DNA from: an uncultured virus (IMG/VR IMGVR_UViG_3300042393_000573)
Lineage: Duplodnaviria > Heunggongvirae > Uroviricota > Caudoviricetes
IMG/VR virus record: IMGVR_UViG_3300042393_000573
Span: 52,335 to 72,334 of that record
Strand: one strand, 5' to 3'
DNA length: 20,000 nt
Shown here: positions 7,420 to 13,705 of the stretch, piece after piece
How positions within the stretch are numbered: the first letter of the stretch is position 1
How the letters are laid out: each line of letters opens with the position of its first letter
Notes under the pieces: model-generated
Databases searched by the model: none
What the model was told of the DNA's origin: nothing
Seen by the model: only the letters and a program-made list of their open reading frames with translations
Program-made: the position numbers and the translations under genes

Positions 7420-9141
7420 ATGAGTCCATTATTTCGTGGCCCAAGTGGTATAGGAATATTTTTAGCAGCAACTCCTACTCCTGTAGCACCTACTCCTGTA
7501 GCACCTACTCCTGTAGAACCTACTCCTGTAGCACCTACTCCTGTAGCACCTACTCCTGTAGAACCTACTCCTGTAGCACCTACTCCTGTAGCACCTACTC
7601 CTGTAGAACCTACTCCTGTAGCACCTACTCCTGTAACACCAACACCAGAGGTTACAATTTATGATATTTATGTAACATGTAACGGATCAACGACTGCTTA
7701 TTCAGGCGCTTATGGAACACCTCCTACAGGATCAGGAATTACAAACATTACAGGAACAACTACAATATCAAACTTGTCAAGTGCTGAAATTGTTACTTTA
7801 TTGGGAATTCCTGCAGCATGTGTACCAACACCAACACCAACACCTGTTACTTGGTACATCTCTGGTTGCGTTAATGGAAGTCCTGTTTATGGAGAAGGTC
7901 CAACATCAGGAAGAGCCCTTGATAATCTTCTAGAAGTTCACCCAACTGCAACCAATATTACTGCAGCAAGTTCTTCAGGATATCCATCAGTAACTTGTAC
8001 AACACCTACTCCAACACCTGTTGCAACAACTTGGTATATCTCTGGTTGTGTTGGTGGAACTACGGTTACTGACACAGGAGCAACATCAGGACAGGCATTA
8101 GATAATTTATTAGCAACATATCCAACTGCAACCAATATTACTGCAGCAAGTTCTTCAGGATATCCATCAGTAACTTGTACAACACCTACACCAACTGCAC
8201 CAGTTGCACCAGTTGCACCAGTTGCACCAGTTGCACCAACATGTGTACCAACCTGGACAACAACAACAACTTACGGTGAGTGGGGTCCTTGGGGTGCTTG
8301 TGTAAGAGTTGGTGGCCCAGATGAATATGCACAAACAAGAACTAGATCGTATACTATAACAGAAACTGCAAGTGGATGTTCTCCAAACCCAGCCCCAATT
8401 GTTACAACAGGAACAGATTCGGACACACAAGACTGTACGCCTCCAGCAACAGGACCATTCTTCCCACCGTTCTTCCCACCGTTCTTCCCACCGTTCTTCC
8501 CACCATCATTCTGTCCGTTCTTCCCACCAGTATTCTGTCCATTCTTCCCACCAGTATTCTGTCCATTCTTCCCACCAGTATTTACCCCAACTCCAACTGA
8601 ACCAACACCAGTTGCACCAATTGATGGATGTGTACAGGGTGATGTTCTTGTAAGAACAACTAGTGGATATGTTAAAGCAAGAGATTTGTTTATAGGACAA
8701 AGTCTAGTATCCTACAGTTTCAATGAATTACCAGATAACTCATCTGTTGATTTTGCTGAGACATGGGTATCTGATACTCTAACTGGATCATCAGTTGTTG
8801 AAACAACTATTAGTGCAATTAAGGCAAGAGATGTTGCAACTACTGTAATGTTTAATGGTAGTAAGCAAAGAAGATTCTCTCTAGAGCACTTAATGCTAGT
8901 TAAGAGAGATGGAGTATACGCATTTATTCAGGCTGGTGTAATTAAACTTGGCGACTATTTAGTTTATGACATAAATAATCAAGCAACAGATGTACTTGTT
9001 GAAGTATTGGGTTATGTTGATGAAACAACAGATGTTTATGACATCACTGTAAATCCTTATTCACTCTTTATTGCAGGAGATCTAATCTCTCATAATAAGA
9101 AGGGTGTCTTCCAAGGCCTAACACAAAGAGATTCAGAATAA
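7420..9141 (+). CDS. Pro/Thr-rich multidomain protein with duplicated Cys-bounded domains, TSR-like module, PFFP repeats and C-terminal Hint domain; putative fibre-tip protein
   Basis: PTPV(A/E) repeats, WGPWGAC...RTR, PFFP run, CVQGD...SLEH...VYDITV...SHN. Confidence 0.85.
   Translation: MSPLFRGPSGIGIFLAATPTPVAPTPVAPTPVEPTPVAPTPVAPTPVEPTPVAPTPVAPTPVEPTPVAPTPVTPTPEVTIYDIYVTCNGSTTAYSGAYGTPPTGSGITNITGTTTISNLSSAEIVTLLGIPAACVPTPTPTPVTWYISGCVNGSPVYGEGPTSGRALDNLLEVHPTATNITAASSSGYPSVTCTTPTPTPVATTWYISGCVGGTTVTDTGATSGQALDNLLATYPTATNITAASSSGYPSVTCTTPTPTAPVAPVAPVAPVAPTCVPTWTTTTTYGEWGPWGACVRVGGPDEYAQTRTRSYTITETASGCSPNPAPIVTTGTDSDTQDCTPPATGPFFPPFFPPFFPPFFPPSFCPFFPPVFCPFFPPVFCPFFPPVFTPTPTEPTPVAPIDGCVQGDVLVRTTSGYVKARDLFIGQSLVSYSFNELPDNSSVDFAETWVSDTLTGSSVVETTISAIKARDVATTVMFNGSKQRRFSLEHLMLVKRDGVYAFIQAGVIKLGDYLVYDINNQATDVLVEVLGYVDETTDVYDITVNPYSLFIAGDLISHNKKGVFQGLTQRDSE
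7474..7638 (+). repeat. 11 x 15-bp coding tandem repeat, PTPV(A/E/T), with 45-bp higher-order period
   Basis: CCTACTCCTGTAG(C/A)A units in the order A,A,E,A,A,E,A,A,E,A,T. Confidence 0.95.
7849..8189 (+). repeat. 180-bp internal domain duplication (TWYISGC...YPSVTC)
   Basis: 7942-8009 is identical to 8122-8189 (68 bp); the upstream parts have diverged. Confidence 0.9.
8455..8583 (+). repeat. PFFP / CPFFPPVF coding repeat, copy 1
   Basis: 12-bp CC(A/G)TTCTTCCCA units followed by 24-bp Cys-containing units. Confidence 0.95.
8629..9096 (+). other. Hint (intein-like/BIL) autoprocessing domain, 156 aa
   Basis: C1 in CVQGDVLV, block-B-like FSLEH, block F VYDITV, terminal His-Asn; +1 residue is Lys; no endonuclease insert. 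Confidence 0.85.
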
Positions 9142-9142
9142 A

Positions 9143-9340
9143 ATGAACGAAGTAAATCCTTTACACATGCTTAATTTAAAAAATTATGTAAAGGAATCAG
9201 ATCTCTCTAATCAAAGATTTAATATATGCAAACAATGTCCAGAACTAATAAAATTAACAAAACAATGTAAAAAATGTGGATGTTTTATGAAAGCAAAAGT
9301 AATGTTAGAAGCAGCATCGTGTCCGTTAGGAAAATGGTAA
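9143..9340 (+). CDS. Small Cys-rich putative metal-binding protein (resembles DUF6171-type proteins)
   Basis: R..ICKQC...QCKKCGC....K.......CPLGKW. Confidence 0.75.
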   Translation: MNEVNPLHMLNLKNYVKESDLSNQRFNICKQCPELIKLTKQCKKCGCFMKAKVMLEAASCPLGKW

Positions 9341-9855
9341 TGATAAAAGAAGAAATTGCTCCAGGAATTGTTGTATATGATAATGTAATTCCAGATAATG
9401 TTTTTTTATATAAAGAAATTCAAAAATTGATGATGGATTCTAAATGGATTACACCTAAATGGTCTTATGCAGAAGTTGAAGATTTAGAAAAAATAACTTC
9501 TTTAAAATTAAACAGGTTGTTCTTTGATCATTTTGATCCAATAGAGAAAGACTATAAAGAGTATTATAAGATATTTCCTGAATGGCATGACGTATACGGA
9601 ATAATGAAATATAGTCCAGGACAAGGTTTTATTAATCATGTAGATGACGGAACCGAATATCATAGAAGAGTTTCAGTTGTATATTATTTAAATGATGATT
9701 ATATTGGTGGAGAAATAAACTTTCCAAGATTTAATATTAAACTTAAACCAAAAACTAATCAAATAATTATATTTCCATCTATATATGTTTATAATCACTC
9801 AGTATCCCCAATTATTGAAGGCGATAAATATGCAGTAGTTAGTTTTCTACGATGA
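9340..9855 (+). CDS. 2OG-Fe(II) oxygenase, prolyl 4-hydroxylase-like
   Basis: KYSPGQGFINHVD (HxD), VYYLNDDYIGGEINF, IFPS..VYNHSV..I..GDKY; start 9340 by TAATG coupling. Confidence 0.9.
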   Translation: MIKEEIAPGIVVYDNVIPDNVFLYKEIQKLMMDSKWITPKWSYAEVEDLEKITSLKLNRLFFDHFDPIEKDYKEYYKIFPEWHDVYGIMKYSPGQGFINHVDDGTEYHRRVSVVYYLNDDYIGGEINFPRFNIKLKPKTNQIIIFPSIYVYNHSVSPIIEGDKYAVVSFLR

Positions 9856-10412
9856 AAGCGCCATATTTATTAAAAACCGTTCTTCCAGAAAAAGAACATA
9901 AGGAATTACAAGATCTAGCAATGCATCTTTGGTCAACAGATAAAAGTACATTTGACGAAGGTTTTGGTAGACATCAATGGGCAATTTGGGACGGAACACA
10001 TAGAGAAAATATAATACCACTTAGAAAATTTCATCAGATGCTTCTACCACTGGCAAAAGAAGAATTTGAATCAGAAACATTACTTCCTTCCTGGTGTTTA
10101 TTAAGTATCTATGAAGGAGAAAAGGCTAGACTTTGGAAACATGTTGATGATAATGCTTGTACATACCATATGAATTATACAATTTTTCATAAAACACCTT
10201 GGGATTTTTATGTTGAAGGAATAAAGTTTCAACCAGAAGAAAATGATATGGTTATTTCATACGGGAATGATCAACAACACTGGAGAGAGGAATTCCCTGA
10301 CCCAAAGAATAACCTAGTTGCAAATGCTTTTTTCTTTTATGTAGAGCCAGATCATTGGTTTTTTACAAAAGGCCCACAACATTTATATACTGGAATAAGA
10401 AATAAGGGATGA
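9852..10412 (+). CDS. Divergent 2OG-Fe(II) oxygenase-like protein
   Basis: IYEG..ARLWKHVD (HxD) ... YGNDQQHWRE (distal His); ATGA overlap. Confidence 0.7.
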   Translation: MKAPYLLKTVLPEKEHKELQDLAMHLWSTDKSTFDEGFGRHQWAIWDGTHRENIIPLRKFHQMLLPLAKEEFESETLLPSWCLLSIYEGEKARLWKHVDDNACTYHMNYTIFHKTPWDFYVEGIKFQPEENDMVISYGNDQQHWREEFPDPKNNLVANAFFFYVEPDHWFFTKGPQHLYTGIRNKG

Positions 10413-11362
10413 AAAAAATATTAGTTAGTGTTGTCAATTATTGTGACCCAGAGTTTTATTCTACAATGTTTTCTTTGTGGCATCAGGCAAAAAATAAAGA
10501 GGATCTGTATTTTTCTATAGTTTCAGAAGATAATACTAAATATGATTTATCTTTTATACCAAAAGAACAGTTATTATATAGGCACTTTGATCTTTCAGAG
10601 TATAGGGGTGGTGTCTGTTGGGCTAGAAACTTGGCAACTCAAGTTAATGTAGATTATAACTATTTTATACAGTTTGATTCACACACCTATGCAGCACCAG
10701 AATGGGATAGGTTTGCTGTTGAAAGATATGAAAAATTAAATATTAATAATGAAAAATTTATTATTGCATATGCCCCAGCAGAGTATAAAATAATGTCAGA
10801 CGGGTCAATTAATTTTGTTACAGACTGTAAAGTATCACTGTATGGATTTTTATTTAATAATTTAGTTCCAGGATTTCAGTTTCCAGGATACAGGGTTTTA
10901 GAAATAGAGGAAATAGTTCGTTCGTATTGGGCTACATGTTGTTACCTTTTTGCACCCAAGCAATGGATTGATGAAGTTGGTATTAGCGGTAAAGAATCAT
11001 TCAATACTGAAGAGTTTGCTTTATCTTTAAGAACTTATGCAAAAGATTGGAAAATTTACTCTATTGGCACAAGGGATGTTTTTCACAATCAGTCGCATGG
11101 ACAGGCAAATGGATCTGTAACAAGAGAAACGCTTAGGCCTTGGGCAGACGGCAGAAAAGAACACTACTGGAGCCATGTTGAAGAATCAACTAATAGACTG
11201 TCTATGCTAATGTCTGGTCAATTAGAAATTCCAAAAGAAAAAGTTTACAATTTTCTTAAAGAGTCTGGTATAGACACAAAATACACAGACTTTATTCCAA
11301 ACTACAGTTCACATGTTGTAGTTGAGCCTAGGGCACTTGGCATGCCACCAAGAAGGAATTAG
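10409..11362 (+). CDS. Glycosyltransferase, GT60 / Skp1-hydroxyproline GlcNAc-transferase (Gnt1)-like
   Basis: ILVSVVNYCDPE, GVCWAR, YFIQFDSH, EEFALSLR....W.IY follow the IFVSIASYRD / GP..AR / YLQIDSH / EE..MS.R motif order of the family. Confidence 0.8.
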   Translation: MKKILVSVVNYCDPEFYSTMFSLWHQAKNKEDLYFSIVSEDNTKYDLSFIPKEQLLYRHFDLSEYRGGVCWARNLATQVNVDYNYFIQFDSHTYAAPEWDRFAVERYEKLNINNEKFIIAYAPAEYKIMSDGSINFVTDCKVSLYGFLFNNLVPGFQFPGYRVLEIEEIVRSYWATCCYLFAPKQWIDEVGISGKESFNTEEFALSLRTYAKDWKIYSIGTRDVFHNQSHGQANGSVTRETLRPWADGRKEHYWSHVEESTNRLSMLMSGQLEIPKEKVYNFLKESGIDTKYTDFIPNYSSHVVVEPRALGMPPRRN

Positions 11363-11922
11363 CGAGGAAACTTAGCCATCCATTCCTTAGTCTTTGGAGT
11401 GATGCCTTTCCAAGAAGACCAGTCGTCCCCACCCTTTGTCATGTAGTATGCAATTTCAGCATTCTTGACGGGATTAAATAATTCAGCGTTAGAGTCAAGA
11501 TCAAACTTGTCCCTACGATCAGGACCAAGTGTATCAATCATATTAATTTGGAACATACCATAAGACGAATCCCCAGTCTTGTGATTGCCATTAAAGGCCA
11601 ATGGTCGTCCATTAGATTCTTTCTTTGCTACTGCCCAAGCCACAACAAGGTCTTTACCCTTGAAGCCAACTAGGGAAAGCAGTTCCTTTAGTTCTAAATC
11701 TGTTAGAGAAACCTTATTTTCAAAACTCTCTAACTTTTTTGCTTTAGAAACCAAAAAAACCTCTTTCGAGGTGGTTTCCGATGTCTGAGCCTGTTTCAGG
11801 CTAAGGTTATTCTTAGTATCAAAATCTGAAATAGCATTAGCAGAATTAGACATAACTGTTACTAGTGCTACGATACTGAGTGTGCTAATGATCTCTTTGT
11901 TTCTTTCGATAAATTTAATCAT
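11359..11922 (-). CDS. Secreted or membrane-anchored lysozyme-like lytic transglycosylase (SLT-like)
   Basis: AVAKKES (catalytic E), YGMFQIN, LFNPVKNA.IA, WSSW; hydrophobic N-terminus ending ANA; AAGGAGG SD at 11934-11928 supports start 11922. Confidence 0.85.
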   Translation of the reverse strand: MIKFIERNKEIISTLSIVALVTVMSNSANAISDFDTKNNLSLKQAQTSETTSKEVFLVSKAKKLESFENKVSLTDLELKELLSLVGFKGKDLVVAWAVAKKESNGRPLAFNGNHKTGDSSYGMFQINMIDTLGPDRRDKFDLDSNAELFNPVKNAEIAYYMTKGGDDWSSWKGITPKTKEWMAKFPR

Positions 11923-11969
11923 AGTTTCCTCCTTAGAAAACAACAACACCTTGGTAGGTGTTACTTACT

Positions 11970-11999
11970 AGTATAACATAAAAATTTGTCAAAAGTCAA
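11970..11999 (-). promoter_or_regulatory. Sigma70/SigA-type promoter for the lysozyme-like gene
   Basis: TTGACT-N18-TATACT with TG extension; leader hairpin AACACC/GGTGTT at 11945-11962. Confidence 0.7.
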
Positions 12000-12009
12000 C
12001 TTTAGAGGG

Positions 12010-12018
12010 TGGTATAAT
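12010..12018 (+). promoter_or_regulatory. Extended -10 promoter, leaderless
   Basis: TGGTATAAT, 7 nt before ATG 12026. Confidence 0.75.
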
Positions 12019-12025
12019 AGAAATT

Positions 12026-12562
12026 ATGGCGCAATCATCATCTAATTATCCTACTATGAAATATCCTATTGCTTCTGATCCCGTGAACGTACACGGAGAC
12101 TTTAAAGTATTAGTTGATGCTTTAAATGATATTTTGCCTCCACTAGGCTATGGCGCAGCATATCTTGATGCTAGAAATACTACAGGAGCAGCAATTGATA
12201 CTGGTACACCAGTTTTTATTAGCGGAAGTCTTAGTGGAAAATCATTAATAGAAAAATATAATCCATCAAGTGTATCTCACAATCCAGATATTCCAATATT
12301 AGGGTTAGTAAAAAGCAGTATTGCAAATAATACAAATGGGCTTGTAATTGTTTCTGGTGTTTTAGAAATGAATACAACAGGTCTTGGTCTTCCTGGCACA
12401 AGGGTTTATGTTGATGAAAGTGGAACACTTGTTTCAACCCGTCCAAGTACAGGACCAGCAAGATATGTAGCCGTTGTTGCCATTCAGTCAGTTAGCGGTA
12501 TGTTAATAGTTCAAACAAAAGGAAACGGCACTTGGGGCGCTCTCAAAGACGGCCTGTCGTGA
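12026..12562 (+). CDS. Putative virion structural protein
   Basis: N-terminal YPIASDPVNVHGDF..L anchor-like motif; Gly-rich beta C-terminal domain. Confidence 0.7.
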   Translation: MAQSSSNYPTMKYPIASDPVNVHGDFKVLVDALNDILPPLGYGAAYLDARNTTGAAIDTGTPVFISGSLSGKSLIEKYNPSSVSHNPDIPILGLVKSSIANNTNGLVIVSGVLEMNTTGLGLPGTRVYVDESGTLVSTRPSTGPARYVAVVAIQSVSGMLIVQTKGNGTWGALKDGLS

Positions 12563-12568
12563 TATAAT
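12560..12568 (+). promoter_or_regulatory. Extended -10 promoter, leaderless, overlapping a TGA stop
   Basis: TGATATAAT, 5 nt before ATG 12574. Confidence 0.75.
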
Positions 12569-12573
12569 AAACT

Positions 12574-12984
12574 ATGGCAACTTTAAGAGGATCTCAAACA
12601 TCATACGATATTGGCAATGCACCGCCAACAGTTATTTGGACTGTAGTTCGTGGAGATACTTCTGGGTTTAAGGTTTATGTAACAGATGATGCTAAAGTTC
12701 CTTTGATCCTAAAAGGCGCGGGATCTGAATGGGATATTGCTATGAAGATTAAAAGACCTACTTCAACCCCTGGAATTATTACAGATGCTGCGACACTAGT
12801 TTTAAATTTATATCCAGTTGCAGATGAAGATGACCTAGTTGGAGAGTTTACAGTTTGGCTAACAGCAGCAGAGTCAGTACAACTTCAAACAGGAGACATC
12901 TTTGACATTCAAGTGTCAGACCCTACAAGAGTTTGGACGGTTGCTCAGGGTAGCCTAAAAATTCTTGAAGATGTAACAGATTAA
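12574..12984 (+). CDS. Putative virion structural protein (baseplate-upper/BppU-N-like)
   Basis: WTVVRGDT...IFDIQV...WTVAQGSLKILEDVT, paralog-like to 3231. Confidence 0.65.
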   Translation: MATLRGSQTSYDIGNAPPTVIWTVVRGDTSGFKVYVTDDAKVPLILKGAGSEWDIAMKIKRPTSTPGIITDAATLVLNLYPVADEDDLVGEFTVWLTAAESVQLQTGDIFDIQVSDPTRVWTVAQGSLKILEDVTD

Positions 12985-13208
12985 TGGCCACAGCATTAAT
13001 ACTTGATAAACTTAACGGCAAAACAAAACAAATTTTTCCTATTGACTATCCATTAATTCAGGTAGAAGACTTTACAAGAAACACTTTGATTACAGATATA
13101 CTTCCTTTTAGAGTTAAGTTTTCAGCCATTCAGATTGTGGCTATTGGTTTAGGTAATACTCCAGCAATCCCACTACAGGTTATTGGCTACAGCAACTATA
13201 TTCTCTAA
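12984..13208 (+). CDS. Hypothetical protein, 74 aa, structural cluster
   Basis: TAATG overlap with the upstream gene. Confidence 0.7.
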   Translation: MATALILDKLNGKTKQIFPIDYPLIQVEDFTRNTLITDILPFRVKFSAIQIVAIGLGNTPAIPLQVIGYSNYIL

Positions 13209-13225
13209 TTAGATAATTAAAAGGG

Positions 13226-13234
13226 TGATATAAT
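13226..13234 (+). promoter_or_regulatory. Extended -10 promoter, leaderless
   Basis: TGATATAAT, 6 nt before ATG 13241. Confidence 0.75.
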
Positions 13235-13240
13235 TACCAC

Positions 13241-13687
13241 ATGGCTAAAATATCAATTTCAGATGTAAAAGGTTTATTCCAAACAGGTGATAGACCAACT
13301 CAAGAAAATTACGTAGACTTAATTGATACCGCTTCAGCCCAAGCAACAGATTTGGGATCAAAGGGTAACAACGAAAATGAAGTCAACGGCATTGAAAATG
13401 TAACTGTCATTGATAACTTTGATGCTACAGTTTGGCGCATGGTCAAGTATATTATTTCAATATCAAAGACCTCTGCAGGGGACAACAAGTTCTATGCAAC
13501 TGAATTAACAATTCTTGTTGACGGTACAAATGTATCAGTCAGCGAGTACGGCACTATCGACAATGATGGGAATATTGGCACCATTGATGTCTCTCGCACT
13601 GGAAATACCGTGGCTATTACAGTCACTCCAGATCCTGCGATCAAGCCAGTCACAGTTCGTTACGCACGAATTGGACTTAAGGCGTAA
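13241..13687 (+). CDS. Putative virion structural protein
   Basis: FQTGDRPTQENYVDLID N-terminal motif; C-terminal domain (R..KY.I...EYG.I) resembles the C-terminus of 13706. Confidence 0.75.
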   Translation: MAKISISDVKGLFQTGDRPTQENYVDLIDTASAQATDLGSKGNNENEVNGIENVTVIDNFDATVWRMVKYIISISKTSAGDNKFYATELTILVDGTNVSVSEYGTIDNDGNIGTIDVSRTGNTVAITVTPDPAIKPVTVRYARIGLKA

Positions 13688-13705
13688 TAAAAGGAGATAT
13701 AAAAA

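Noticed and set aside
7474..8583. CRISPR-like array from the short repeats
   Set aside because: Tandem in-frame coding repeats with no unique spacers; no cas genes
8629..9096. Classical mobile intein
   Set aside because: No homing endonuclease, +1 residue is Lys, and it sits at the protein end rather than inside a conserved enzyme
9274..9339. Longer N-terminus for the P4H-like gene
   Set aside because: Overlaps the Cys-rich gene by 67 nt; TAATG coupling at 9340 is more plausible
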